Shown here piece by piece: positions 1 through 14,010 of a stretch of DNA of 64,000 nt. Positions within the stretch are counted from its first letter, which is position 1. Each line of letters begins with the position of its first letter. Location of the stretch: the NCBI GenBank assembly GCA_951406725.2, contig OX597826.1, forward strand, positions 12,772,001-12,836,000. Reading direction: 5' to 3'. This DNA is from Octopus vulgaris. Its lineage: Eukaryota. Both the position numbers and the translations under genes were made by a program. The notes beneath the pieces were generated by a model that worked only from the letters and a program-made list of their open reading frames with translations, ran no database searches and was not told the origin of the DNA.

Positions 1-669
1 ATATTTCAAAATAAAACTAATAATAAAACAGTAACAACACAAACCATTGCTTAACAAAAGCAAAACCGGAGTTGATTTTTACGAATATGTAAAAAATATG
101 ATGTCACTACTCAGAGAATATGTGTCACGTCTGCTTTCAAATTGAGATTTCTCTCTTATGATATTAACCATAGAATCGTGTGCAAAAGAGAACAAAAGAA
201 TGTATTTTGGGTACATTTATTAACTCATGGCCTTTTATTGTATTATAGTGCCTTGCTATTCTTACCGTTTCTTTTAACACTAATTTTTAAGTTTGTTTCT
301 TTATAGATAATTTCTTCCTGACGTCGTCTTCACTTTAGTTTATAGATTTCATTTTTTATTTAAATCCTTTTAAGATTTATAGGATTGCTTTTCAACATTT
401 TTATTTCATCATTGTTTCCAATAGTCTCTTTTTTTTCTTTTTCATTTTAATTTCTTTGAAACCTGAAAAATACTTAACAAAAGTCCGTTCAAAAAGTTAT
501 AAACAATACAGAAATCAAAAAGTAGATTCTCTGTACACTTTCATTTTTCTAGCCGGTGTAATCTACAATTGTTTGTGTTCATTCATCTGTAAATGCTTCC
601 ATATATACACATACATGCATATATACATCCTTAAACATACACAAAAACACACATACATAGCATACGCAC

Positions 670-708
<39 letters not shown>

Positions 709-775
709 CACAATTATATAATATTCTGTGTCAGTTCCTCTCTCTTCACGTTTCCTTCTCTCCCATTATATACAT

Positions 776-814
<39 letters not shown>

Positions 815-846
815 TATATATTATATTATACATATATATATGTATG

Positions 847-942
<96 letters not shown>
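776..942. repeat. Compound (TA)n/(GATA)n microsatellite
   Basis: TA tract running into GATA tandem units, read directly. Confidence 0.95.
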
Positions 943-944
<2 letters not shown>

Positions 945-1105
945 CGATATAAATACAAAATGTATATACATTTATTACATATAAATATATGTGTAAATAT
1001 ATGTGTGTGTCGTCGATATGAATAAAAGTGCTGAATATTTTAAAAGGTTTAGCAAGTAATATAAATCTATAAAATTCAAACATCAAAACATTCACACACA
1101 CACAC

Positions 1106-1148
<43 letters not shown>

Positions 1149-1169
1149 TGTGTGTGTATGTGTGTGTGT

Positions 1170-1223
<54 letters not shown>

Positions 1224-1510
1224 GTTTTCAATCAGTTGAAGTACCTTTTCACTGTATTAAAGGATAAATGAATATCTATTTTTACAAATTTTTGTATAGC
1301 GGAAGTTTACGATCCCACATCTCCACAGCACCACCATTTGCAAGGTGTTAGGTGGAGCCGACTTTGCACAGAATGTTAACTAAACGCACGATATGTAGCT
1401 TAATGAAAGCAAGGATTTAGAGATTGAGAAGCAAACATAGAGTCTGTGGGCCATTCATATACATATGCATACTTACATAGATAGATAGATAGATACATAC
1501 GTACAAACAC

Positions 1511-1543
<33 letters not shown>

Positions 1544-1567
1544 CGCATACATATGAGTCTATACATT

Positions 1568-1606
<39 letters not shown>

Positions 1607-1639
1607 CCATATATATGTATATATATGGATATATATATA

Positions 1640-1686
<47 letters not shown>

Positions 1687-1724
1687 TATATAGAAGGAGC
1701 TTCTACAGGACTAGTACTGTTTCA

Positions 1725-1767
<43 letters not shown>

Positions 1768-1897
1768 ATAATTTAGAGAAAAGCCTCTATTAAACAATAC
1801 AATAAAGAAAGATATTATTCCCACCATATAGAAAACATATGTTATAAAAATCTTATTCTAAAAATCAGTAAAGTACAACACATTGTAAATAGTAGTA

Positions 1898-2005
1898 AAA
1901 AGACTACGCACGTTTCATGGCTATATTTCAAATAGATAATAATAATAAAATCAATTCCATTTAAAATTAATTCTATTTAAATATATAGCCACTCAACAGG
2001 TTTCG
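1898..2005 (-). ncRNA. Type I hammerhead-like motif with variant core CUGUUGA
   Basis: Minus strand: CUGUUGA (1999-1993), ~20-bp stem II (GUGGCUAUAU..UAGA / UCUA..AUAUAGCCAU), GAAA, short stem III ACG/CGU, GUA triplet; stem I weak. Confidence 0.6.
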
Positions 2006-2151
2006 ATAATAAATAACAAAAAATAATAATAAAATGAATGTACTTATCTTAACTCATACTAATTATCAAATATATATATATATATATATAAATATGTGTA
2101 TTAACTATAAATAATCGATATTTCTTAAAATAAAACTTATCTTATCGAAGG

Positions 2152-2189
<38 letters not shown>

Positions 2190-2194
<5 letters not shown>

Positions 2195-2429
2195 GACAAA
2201 ACCACTATTAGGCAAATCAAACAATGAAAATATTATTTGATAATTTTGTTACATATTTAAATAATATAAATTAATCATATGTATTGGCTTAAGTCTTTTA
2301 TTGTTTGATTTGCCTAATAGTGGTTTTGTCTCTAATTTAATATAATATAATATTTTACTATAAAATTGGATTCAATCCTAAATCTGATTTTTCCCTGTAA
2401 ATTTGGATTTATTCCCTAATATTTATTAT

Positions 2430-2432
<3 letters not shown>
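2190..2432. mobile_element. Fold-back element embedded in (TA)n, probable PLE terminal-repeat derivative
   Basis: Perfect 36-bp inverted repeat 2190-2225 / 2300-2335 plus unique tail; TA tracts on both sides. Confidence 0.65.
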
Positions 2433-2512
<80 letters not shown>

Positions 2513-2952
2513 AAGAGTGGGTGAGAGTCTTTAAATACATTAAATATGATATAGATGTCTTAATTAAGGACTGCCTCATAATGTTCATCCTGTTTTAAGT
2601 CAGTTGGGCAGATATTTGCACATAAGCATGTTTTATTCAGTATACTAGAGATGACGAATTCTTACCGTACGTGTGTGGCTAGCTACGAGTACGGCGATAG
2701 TTTCCAAAAGGGTACAATACATTCACGGGAAGACCTTCGTCAAAAAGTTATTGTGTTTGATTATATTTTTTACTACAACAAGCCAAAGATAGATGAAATC
2801 TCAGGACGTATATTGCAGTGAATGGCTTATGTATATGTATATGTGTGTGTATATGCATTCATGTACATAAATGTATCCCCGCATATGTGTGTGAGAGTGT
2901 ATATATGTATATATATACCGAGAGAGAGGAGAAGAGACAGGTAGGCAGGTAG

Positions 2953-3016
2953 CTAGATAGATAGATAGATAGATAGATAGATGATAGATAGATAGATAGA
3001 TAGATAGATAGGTAGG

Positions 3017-3098
<82 letters not shown>

Positions 3099-3148
3099 GA
3101 GAGATGGATAGATAGACAGACGGACAGACAGACAGACAGGCAGACAGA
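2953..3148. repeat. (GATA)n/(GA)n/(GACA)n compound microsatellite
   Basis: Direct tandem units. Confidence 0.95.
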
Positions 3149-3544
3149 TTTGTGAAAATGTAATTGATGAAGTAACACTTGTTACAAACCGAGGTATTTT
3201 TGTTTGCACCTACAAAAAATTGTACTCAGTGTCAACAGCATGGCAAACGGAAATGATATAACATAGAAAAACTCAATATATCCAAAGTGTAGTTATAGAA
3301 ACTACATAAATCTATATTTTTCTTGATTTATTTCACACATACACACACACTCACACACATGTATATACATAGATAAGTTTACAGATTTAATATCGTTTCG
3401 CTTCCTCTTTAAAAACGCATTGGTAGCGAAACAGGGAGAGATGCGGTACGTTTGAAAGAGGAAATACACTGGCAGACGAGTATAGGTTGGTGAGAAAAGA
3501 AATATATCTTCCGAATATCTTTGTTCACTGATTTATAAACATGT

Positions 3545-3729
3545 ATGAAGTATACATACATACACACACACAGACACACACACACACACACACACACACA
3601 ATCACACACATATATACATATATACACACACATATATATATATAATAACAAAATAATAAATAAAACATATGCATATATACATACATATATGTACGTATGT
3701 ATGTACGTAGCTATCTATGTATATATGCT

Positions 3730-3780
<51 letters not shown>

Positions 3781-4031
3781 TGTGGGGATATTTGTATATA
3801 TGTTATATATATACACATATATATATAAATATATATATTTTACGTTTCTGCATAAATTTTTATAAACACATATACATACATACACACACACACATATACA
3901 TATATATATATACATATACATACACACACATATATATATGTACGTGTATGTACTTATACATATTTATTTTATATGTTATATACATATACATCTGCGTGTG
4001 TATATAGATATAATATATATATATATTTACA

Positions 4032-4073
<42 letters not shown>

Positions 4074-4144
4074 AAGACACACACGTATATATATATATAT
4101 ATGTATATCTATATAAACACACACGTATACACACACACACACAC

Positions 4145-4200
<56 letters not shown>
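3545..4200. repeat. Long degenerate (TA)/(CA) microsatellite field
   Basis: Direct reading; source of many YIYI/THTH ORFs. Confidence 0.9.
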
Positions 4201-4202
<2 letters not shown>

Positions 4203-5544
4203 AAAGAATGTATGTATCTATATATGTATTCATATGAGGATTTTTGCAGATGTTTGAATATATTGTACGTGTGGTTGCGTGTGCTTGTACTGATATGCCC
4301 AAATATTTATATTAAGAAACTTACAGTAATGATTTGAAAATCATGTTTTCTTTTAAATAAATAATAAAACAGAAAAATGAATGCATTACACTTTATGTTC
4401 GAGTTGTTTCCATAGAAATCTGCAATATTCTTCACTGAAGGATTTTCACGGAACAGCAAACAAATATTTTCAAGTTTACTTCATTATTTTAATCTAGATT
4501 TTTATTATTAAATTTGTTTTTATTTTATTACTACATTTACTATTTTGTTGATTTTATTTATCGGTTAATATGTGCATTTCTCTCTACTGTTATCTGAGTA
4601 CGTTTCAGTCTTTTTTGTGCGTTCGAGTGTTTGTGTATATGTGTGTGTGAGCGTGTGTGTGAGGGTGTGTGTTTGTGTGTCTTTACGTGTATGTATTTGT
4701 TGTGTGTAATAATAAATATGTGAATTTAGTATTAGTTTTCAAACTTTTCTAATTTTTTATATTATACTTTCTTATTGTATATTATACAACGCCTGTAAAA
4801 CTTGTTCAAAATGTCCTGTTTATGATTCCACTATGCTTCTCTCATATCCAAATATTTTCATCAATATTTGTTATTACAATGAAATTCGAAAACGATGAGA
4901 ATGAGTAGAGAGTAATTGAAACGTCCAACAGCAAAATATAATGGCAAATAAATAAAATATGGATATCTCACATTGGCCAATGAACACAAATTTCAAAGGT
5001 AAAGTATAGTAGAATATATCGGACCCTAATACATTTTTCATTTATTTTATTTTTCAAAATGACCAATAGAAGACAATGTCAGAGCAGACTTCATTTAAAT
5101 CGGAATCTAAAGAAATGTAATTATTAATTAAAAAAATATTTGCATCGGCATTGTATTGTCAATGCCATTTCTACTACTTTTCTCATATGAAACAAATTAT
5201 TAATCATTATTTATACATATTAAATAATAAAATAAAAAAGTAAATGTGTATGTTGGAGAAGTGTTCAAAGTCAAACGTAGAGTTTACTCTTTATTATATT
5301 CAAACCTCCTTATTTGTGTCTGCAAGTCTGTGTATGTATATGTGTATGCATCTGTATATATATATATATATATAATATATATATATGTATTTATATATAT
5401 AATATAATATAATATAATATAATATAATATATTATATATATATAGTAGTATATATATATATATATATCCTATATATATATATATGGCTGTGTATATATAT
5501 ATATATATTATATATATGTATGTATGTGTGTATTATGTACATCT

Positions 5545-5739
5545 AAGTGTTTAGTTTCTTCCTTTCTTTCCATTTCTCCTCTCTCTCTCTGTCACTCCTT
5601 TGTATTCCCTCTCTTACAGTACGTCGCCAGTCTCCACGGTTGCCGGCAACTGCCTCCCAACCGCTAATATTGATGTTGCAGGCCTTCATGTCCCTTTTGC
5701 AAACATCCTTGTAACGTAAGAGAGGTCTACCCACAGACC

Positions 5740-5740
<1 letters not shown>
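5545..5740 (-). mobile_element. RTE-clade LINE C-terminal fragment
   Basis: RSVGRPLLRYKDVCKRDMKACNINISGWEAVAGNRGDWRRTV matches the RTE post-RT GRP..RYKD..KRD..W motif. Confidence 0.8.
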
Positions 5741-5770
<30 letters not shown>

Positions 5771-5777
5771 ATATACA

Positions 5778-5838
<61 letters not shown>

Positions 5839-6371
5839 TATGTACATCTAAGTGTTTACTTGCTGTGTGAGCAGAGAGAGAGAGAGAGAGAGAGGAAGAG
5901 AGAGCGATGGACACTGTCAATAAGTATTAGAGATTGTTGGTGATGAAAATTCCTTTTTGTATAATGAAGAGACACTTTGTCTCTCTTCATTTGTTTATCT
6001 TCCACAAAAATTGAAGAAGATCGCTATGGAAATACTGTTCACGTATGTAAGACATCATTGTGGTTGCTAAACATAAAAACACAGCTCCATGCCAAGCAGT
6101 TAGATTAGCTGGCACTGATTGTGTCACCAACACATTACTAACAATAGCACATAGGACAGAAGTTTCATTTGTCTTTTCTATTTCTGTATATTTACGACGC
6201 CTTTCCTCCCATCTATCTTACTTCGTTCCCTCCTGCACATTATGACCCTAACGAACCCCCTCTCACACATTGACTTTAGCAGTGGTGATTTATATATATC
6301 TCTACATACACACATACATACATACATACACACATACATACGTACGTACGTACGTACTTACATCTATACAT

Positions 6372-6720
6372 ACTAGCAGGCGTACCCGGTAGTTCCCGGG
6401 AAATCGGAGCTAATCCATTGGTTCCGTTTTCATAATCCAAACACAACAATACAAAGTATGTTGCCCTTAAAAGAGTTTTGTGCATTTACAGAGAATACCG
6501 AACTGTCTTGCACAGGATCTTACTTTCAGGAATTTCCAATAAGTTATGAATACCTAATTTGTGAAGTCAGTTATGTAATAACATGAAATTTGTTACCCGA
6601 TAGTAAGAATTCAAATAAAGTAGCCACGAAAAGAGCTTTAATGCGTCCCTAGAGTATATAGAACATAGGAGGACATACTAATAAGCTATTTATACCAAAA
6701 TCGTTAAACAGGTTACGTAA
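6372..6720 (+). mobile_element. Possible non-autonomous Helitron/Helentron-like remnant
   Basis: Begins ACTAGCAG..ACCCGG-TAGTT-CCCGGG hairpin typical of HINE/Lep1-type termini; remainder degenerate. Confidence 0.4.
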
Positions 6721-6970
6721 TAACAGGCTAATCGGATAGGAGATAATAACAATACAAAGCAAATAACTCTGAAAAGGGTTTTTGTGTGTTTCCAGACAAT
6801 ATTACCCTCAGGGGCGCTAGTATTGGTATATTCTTGAATAAGTCACTAACCGAAATAAGTGGATCTATTGTTTAGAAAAATACTATTTACTTGTTTAAGG
6901 GCTGTACAGGATAAATTGAGAAAATAACTCTAAGAAATAAGCATACTCAATTTCATTTTTACCAAATAAT

Positions 6971-8760
6971 TTAGGAAAATGAACGGGTTATTTCCCTTGG
7001 ATATATATAAGGATCCCTTCCAGGGGTGAATGGGTTATTTTCCTTGGTCTTTAAAATAAAATATGTTAGATATATATATAAGGATCCTTCCAGTGGCCCT
7101 ATTATTAGTGTATGGGGCACTGTTTGTTTTTTGTCGTTATATTGTCTCAAATGTTCATTTAGTCTCTCCGCAATGCTCCTAGATGTCTCTCCTATGTATG
7201 TCGTATTCATGTCTTTACAAGTACCTCCTATGCATCTTATGCTATAGACTACATTTCTCGTTCTACAGTTAATGCCATACAATTAATGCTAATCCTACAT
7301 ACAATGCAGTTATCATGCATTGCTATTCTCAAATTGCTACGTCCTACATAGTTGTGATCTGATGGAGCTTCCCAGCTTTTCAACGTTCTGAATGTTGAGT
7401 TTGGCGTCCTTCGGAGCTTTCCTAAATCTACGGTCTAGTTCTCCATCACTCCTTGATGTTTGTCGGTCTTGTGCTTTGTCACAAACTCTTTGTATTCTAT
7501 TCCAGTTTTTATTTCTATATCTAGGGAAGATACCACTGATTTCATTACATATTATGTTATCTAACTTCTTTTTAGCACTCCTGTATAACCGAACCGTATC
7601 TTTCTGATCATGTCCAAAGAATTACATGTGGTGCATGACGTTCTGTACATGTTTCTTTGGTTCATAGGGTTTGCATAGCTTACTATTAGTACGTTAATTT
7701 TTGTGAGGTGTGACAAAACCGAATTCTTGGGAACAACATATTTTGAAGTTATTTTCATGTAATAGGAGTGGAGGAGCTACACTCTGTTGTTCATAGTCTC
7801 TAACCAAAGTACAGTATCAATTTTAGCCATTCCAGTGCTTTTCTTCACTGCTGAGGTGATGCTGGGAGGTCTTCCTCTCTGTGACATGTTGGGGCACAAT
7901 CTATTAAGGTTATGGTTGTCTAGATAGTTTCTGTCATAGCTTAGTTTAAAGAGGTGGCCTAGATTCCCTCGTGTTGACTTCACGGAACTCTACTTCACAC
8001 TCACAGATAATCTCAATGCATTCCTCCACAGCAAAATCTGTGTCCATAGATGGGTAGAGTGAAATTACATCCATGCTACCCACTACACAACCTGTGAGGT
8101 TGTTGGAGTGGTCGCAAATACTGATTCACACAGACATCTGGGGACATTTCAGTGAGGGATCATGATACCTGTGAGAGGAAGTAGGATAGTCTATAATTGC
8201 TGGAGATATTCGCTCCGCAAACTGGTCGGGTTGGGGACCCTATAACTGGGCTTATGTAGGGTTCATGGTCTTTACGTAACCCGTATAGCTTAGGAACATC
8301 ATTGTTGAATGCTGGGAAATTGAGTGCAATCCATTTCTTGGGTTGGAGTATGTTGCACCACATTCCCATGTGTGCATTGAGGAGTTTTTCCACTCATTCC
8401 TGTTCTTGTGGTGCAACTTCTCTCGTTCTACTGATGTGTTGTTGCATGGTCTGGACATAGTTCTGTAGGTTCTCTATTGACAGCCTGCCAGACTTGTCCG
8501 TTGGGAGGGACACTAATTCCCTGTTCCCAATTCGCTGTGTCAGTTTCTGTAGGCCTTTGGCAAAAGACGAACTGAGTTGGTGGCTCTTCTCCTCATTATG
8601 CTTTTTTAGTGGTTTTGTTGTACTTTCTAAGACGAGTCGGAGTTTCTAGCGAAGGAGATCTTTGCTTCTGTTTCACTGTCAATCTGGGGTAGGATACACA
8701 CCCTTTTGCTGATAGGTCAATCTGTGGGGTAGATCCTTGTTATGTCATAAGATTTGTTGT
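6971..8760 (-). mobile_element. Penelope-like retroelement, decayed (RT + GIY-YIG endonuclease)
   Basis: PKLYGLRKDH..PTRPVC..RLSYFLS; VGSMDVISLYPSMDT (~8040-8090); NCRTRNVVYSIRC..YIGETSRSIAERLNEH; many stops/frameshifts; YxDD segment not seen. Confidence 0.9.
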
Positions 8761-8969
8761 TGGGTTATAGAAGAGAGAGAGAGAGTGTAGGGTATTATCC
8801 TCGTTGTGGTTGTTATTTTTGGTGTTACAGTTGCTAGCAATGTTGTTACTAGAGGTGTTCAACGACTATTGAAAATTTTAGAAAAAATAAGTAAATGAGT
8901 GGAAACTAAACCGGTGTGTGTGTTAAATAATAAGGCACTAAAAGAGAATGACTCTCCCCAGACACAAAA

Positions 8970-9023
<54 letters not shown>

Positions 9024-9056
9024 ACACAAATATATATATGCGTGTGTATCTGTGTA

Positions 9057-9330
9057 GGCGCAATGGCCCAGTGGTTAGGGCAGCAGACTCGCGGTTGTAG
9101 GATCACGGTTTTGATTCCCAGACCGGGCGTTGTGAGTGTTTATTGAGTGAAAACACCTAAAGCTCCACGAGGCTCCGGCAGGTGGGGGCTATCCCTGTTG
9201 TACTCTTTCGTTACAACTTTCTCTCACTCTTTCTTCTGTTGGTGGCGTAATTCGAAGGCTAAAACAATGCGAAGCGCATTATGACCAGCGATGTGTAGCA
9301 ACATCTGATAGCCTGGTCGGTTGCGGTGAT
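9057..9330 (+). mobile_element. tRNA(Arg)-derived SINE (OR1/OR2-like), tail type A
   Basis: A box TGGCCCAGTGG, TCG anticodon region, B-box-like GGTTTTGATTCCC; homologous to 37150-37461. Confidence 0.88.
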
Positions 9331-9438
9331 ATATAAATATATATATATATATATAGAAATTCGGGGTGAGTACTTGATAATTATAAGCACCTGTGTATAC
9401 CGTTTGGTGGTGTAGGTGGTGGAGTAAATTATAAGCAT

Positions 9439-9499
<61 letters not shown>

Positions 9500-9502
<3 letters not shown>

Positions 9503-9620
9503 TAATAATCTGAATGGAGGTGATGCAAGCGGAAACTAGAGGAACATAATTAATAACCACACAGAAAATCATTTATTTTGAGTGTGTTTATTGATTATGT
9601 TCCTCTAGCTTCCGCTTGCA
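9500..9620. mobile_element. Short fold-back element after (TA)n
   Basis: 33-bp inverted arms 9524-9556 / 9588-9620, 2 mismatches. Confidence 0.6.
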
Positions 9621-9720
9621 GTTTCTTTCAGTTTCCGTCCACCAAATCCACTTACAAGGCTTTGGTCTGCTCGAAGCTATAGTAGAAGACATTTGCCTAA
9701 GTGTCACACTGTGGGACTGA

Positions 9721-9810
<90 letters not shown>

Positions 9811-10040
9811 GTGTGTGCGTGTTTGTGTGTGTGTATGTTTGTGTTCGTTCCCCATCACCGTTTGACAACCGGTCTTGGTGTGTTTGCAACCACGGAACCT
9901 AGCTGTTCGGAAATAGAAATCAATAGTATAAGAACCAGGCTTCATATAGAAAAGTACTGGCATCAATTCATTCGCCTAAAAATTCTTCAAGCTTGTGCTC
10001 CAGCGTGACCACAGTCCGATAATTGAAACAAGCAAAAGAC
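9621..10040. mobile_element. Dominant SINE, rearranged: 5' half minus, (GT)n, 3' half plus
   Basis: 9621-9725 matches the reverse complement of the 5' half; 9840-10040 matches the 3' half of 16368-16738. Confidence 0.75.
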
Positions 10041-11024
10041 AAGTGGCTTGATGTTTTAAACGATTCCTCATATTATATCACACATTGTTAAATGGTTGCA
10101 TAACGTTAAATGGTTGCATAATGGTTGCTTCAAATTGTGGGGCATTTCTTCTGCGTTTCTTCTGCGGCCCAGAAATCACAGTCCACAAGCTTATTTTCTG
10201 TGGTTAACCAGGTAATGTTCGTATTTCTTCACTTCTGATTTCTAAATCATACCCGACAGCTTTTTGATGTTGGTTAATAACGACTTCAGTGTGAGCAGTC
10301 GATTAGGTAAGTTTAATATTACTTTACTTACGAGTGTTGTGTTAGATCTTTATACAATCTGACATAAGAGAATTACAGAAAACGGAGACAAACACACACA
10401 GACCACATACAGACACACCACGGACACAAATACGTACACAGACACACACAAACACGCACACACACACACACAGTATGTTTACAACCCCAGTAGTAGGTGA
10501 GTAAAATAAACTATAAAACTGGTGTTAGCGACGGAATAAATATTAATACGATGTGGCAAGATATGTCAAGTCGTTATATAGTTTTCACTTAACGGTTATA
10601 TTCGGTCAATAGGTTCTTTGAGTAACTGTGTATGATACACACACCGTATAGACGCAGAAGCTTCATTCATACATATACGTACATCTCTCTTTCCCTCTGT
10701 TTTCTCTGTCTTTCTGTCTCTCTGTCTATATATTTGTCTGTGTATCTATCTATCGATCGATCGTTCGAGCTATCTATCTATTGATATAGACACACACACA
10801 CATACACACATATACTTATCTATCTATATATGCATCTTGTCTTTATGTATATGTATTCATAAAATGATAGTTCTATGCAAATGTATAAGTCAAAAATATT
10901 CATATCAGAACTAAACACTTACATATGAATACAATTATACATGAAGGCCTTTCTTCCTTTACACAACATCCTTATACTCAGGAAACTATGTAAGTGTGTG
11001 TGTGTGAGTGTGTGTGTGTGTGTG

Positions 11025-11060
<36 letters not shown>

Positions 11061-11804
11061 CGTTTTACAAAAATAAAGAGTTAGGCTTCCTCATTTTCCA
11101 TTACACTCCGAAACGGATGTTAAGAGATAGCATTTGTATTACTATAGGGAAATTTCATGTTATAAGTTCAGTGGCTAAAATTACTCACAGTGGGAATACA
11201 AGCATAAGCCTGGAGAATATACTTCGTGCCATCTTTACACGTGTTTCAGTGACAACCACAAACGTTTACGTAATAATAACAACCTTATGCAATTTTTTAT
11301 GAAATTCCTCTCGTAGGTAGTTGCAATAAGAAACGAAGAATCAAGTTTAATGACACAAAACATGAATCTTCATTTCTCATAGCAACCTCAGTTGAGTTGT
11401 CAGTTCATAAAAGACAGCGTAATGTTAATTATTAGAACAAACCTTATACGTACAAATACTTATACAGATATCTTCATTGACAGTGCATTATTATTGTTGT
11501 TTTTGTTGTAATCTACTTCTTTTTTCCAATCTGGACTCACGCCATTAGCCACACAGACTGATCTCTAATTCGAGCCTACTCTAAGCTACTAAGAATGCGT
11601 GTGGCAACTTGAAGATCCACCCACCACACGTGACAGACTGGCGATTGCATGAAAGTTACGTTGTTATCCTCATTCCCTAAACGGTGGCTTTTAACGGGTG
11701 GAGAGCTGAACCATCGTGGGGTACAGAGGATTTACAATCTAGACTAGGGTCTGAAAGTTTTACCACACCATAGTGGGTTACACCAGGGTTCCTCTGCATT
11801 GTGG

Positions 11805-11992
11805 CAGAAGTAGGAGGAAAGAGTGAGAGAAAGTTGTGGTGAAAGAGTACAGCGGGGTTCACCACCACCAACCCGCCGGAGCCTCGTGGCGTTTTTGATC
11901 AATAAACACTCACAATGCCCGGTCTGGGAATCGAAACCGCGTTCTTATGACCGCGAGTCCGCTGCCCTAACCACTGGGTCGTTGCGCCTCCA
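11805..11992 (-). mobile_element. tRNA(Arg)-derived SINE head/body
   Basis: Reverse complement matches 9057-9235. Confidence 0.88.
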
Positions 11993-12369
11993 CCTGTGTT
12001 GTTGTCGCTGTTTTTTGTTGTTTCTCTGTTTGTTTGTTTTTTTGTTTTATTGCTGTTGTTTTTGTTGTTGGTGTCGCTTCGCATAAATGGAACAAATAAT
12101 TTTGTTTCCCATTGCAAGCTCTTATCTATTTCAACAATCTCTTTTTGCGTTGTTTTCCTGGTTTCCTTCCATTTTTTTTTGTAGCGGGGGGGGGGGGGAC
12201 GGGCATTGTGTTTGCATTTGTATATTTGTGTATATGTGCCTGTGTGTATATGTGCATGCGAATGCACTTGCTTGTGCGATTGTGCGCATGTGCGTGTCTC
12301 TATTGGTGGATGACCAATTCCCAATTCGTGATGTTGTTTCTTCCCTTTCCTCCTCGCTTGCTTACCACG

Positions 12370-12380
12370 TCTTGTTATTC

Positions 12381-12412
<32 letters not shown>

Positions 12413-13019
12413 ACTCCCTCTCTTTCACTGTATCACTTGATGAATTTATCAATCAATTTTCTTTTTCTGTGGCCACCACTCCCACGTCTTTTTTCTTCAT
12501 GATTTTCGTACTCTTTGTCTGTATGTCTGTTTCTCTCTCTCTCTCTCCTTCAATATATCTCTACATATATATTTCTCTTTGTGTTTGCTTCTTTTCTTTT
12601 TCTTCCCTCTCTCTCTCACCCCTCTCCCTCTCTCTCCCCTCTATTCCTCTCAATTTGTTTTTTTTTCCCTTCCTGCTGTTTTCTTCTTTTATATCATTCT
12701 CTTTCAATTCTTTATATATTCTTATATTTTTTTTGAAATAAGAATATTTTTTTTCTGTGGTTACCACTCCCACATTTTCCTTCATGACTGTCGCACTTCA
12801 AGAGATAATTTCTCACTGCTCTCTCTCTCTCTCTGTCTCTGTCTGTCTGTCTCTCACTTCCTCTCACTCCCGCCCTTTTATTCACTCTCCTTCTTTAGCT
12901 TTCTCTCTTTGTCTCTCTATATCTCTACATATATATTTCTCTCTCTTTTTCTTTGAGTTTATTTCTTTCCCATTGTCCTGTCTTCTTTCTCTTCCTCTTT
13001 CTCTTTCTCTCTCTGTCTA

Positions 13020-13065
<46 letters not shown>

Positions 13066-13110
13066 TATCTGTCTCTATTCTTCTCAGCTATTTATTTTCC
13101 TTTCTGCAGT
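12370..13110. repeat. Polypyrimidine (CT)-rich tract with diverged ~290-bp duplication
   Basis: TCTGTGG..ACCACTCCCAC..TTCATGA and TATATCTCTACATATATATTTCTCT each occur twice (units from ~12467 and ~12755). Confidence 0.7.
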
Positions 13111-14010
13111 TTTCTTTCTGTATGTCATTGACTTTCAACAATTTCATTATTTTTATTGAAATACGAACAACAAAAAATATAAAAAAGTGAGTGAGGATGT
13201 GACGACGAGCGAGAGAGGTAGGAGGGGACAAGGAGAAAAAAAAAAGAAAAATTCCACTAATTTCGCGGGATCAAAAAACACTAACGTGACGTTAATGATA
13301 TTCAGAACGGGATTAGAAACAAAGTCTTCTCAATTTTAAATCAAAATTCGTATGAGAATCATGGAGTCAGTTCCTAGTCAAATATAACTGGGACGCAGCC
13401 TCAAGATCCAACTTAAGCTGTATCACTTACCTGTCATTTCCATTTACAATTCATCGCCTGGAGACAAAAGTTTTGGCTTCCCTATTTTTTTTATATTCCA
13501 TATTCTGTATTTTTTTTTATGACAAACCATCTACAATTGTCATAAAGTTATTTTCATTTTGCTTAAATGTAAACATAATATATGTTTGCATATAAAATTA
13601 TTTGATATTTTTAATACACAGGTTATTTTGTCCGCTATTACCAGACTACTGTAAATATGATTACGGTTTTATTAACATATACCTCCATAGAATATTTAAA
13701 CCGCTCTTAATTAAAATAAGACATTCAATGGTTTATTAAATTCATGATCAAAACAAGTCGGTTGCAGTTACATCATTCTCCTAACTGGTAAACGCTAATC
13801 ATTCTACAAAAAATGTAATCTTCGAAGAAACGAATTCGCAATACAATTTGCATTCTCAGTTACAGAGGTCAGTCTACATACTTCGACAGCGCGACTGAGA
13901 ATTATTTTGCATGCGTCTGACATAATGCGACTAATTTACATTTTCTTCTCATATCAGTCATCATATAAACATGAGACACCAAAGTGTACGTACGCCGCTA
14001 TATTTTATAT

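Noticed and set aside
456-4337. Many ORFs of 60-140 aa (YIYI, THTH, CVCV, YLSI)
   Set aside because: Translations of stop-free microsatellites; the same applies to similar ORFs throughout the window
10150-10312. Possible micro-exons (CAG|GTAATG; ACAG|..TAG|GTAAGT)
   Set aside because: Implied intron is under 50 bp and the peptide is unrecognisable; expected by chance
12112-13159. 209-aa and neighbouring hydrophobic ORFs resembling membrane proteins
   Set aside because: F/S/L bias comes from the (CT)-rich tract; no domain or exon structure
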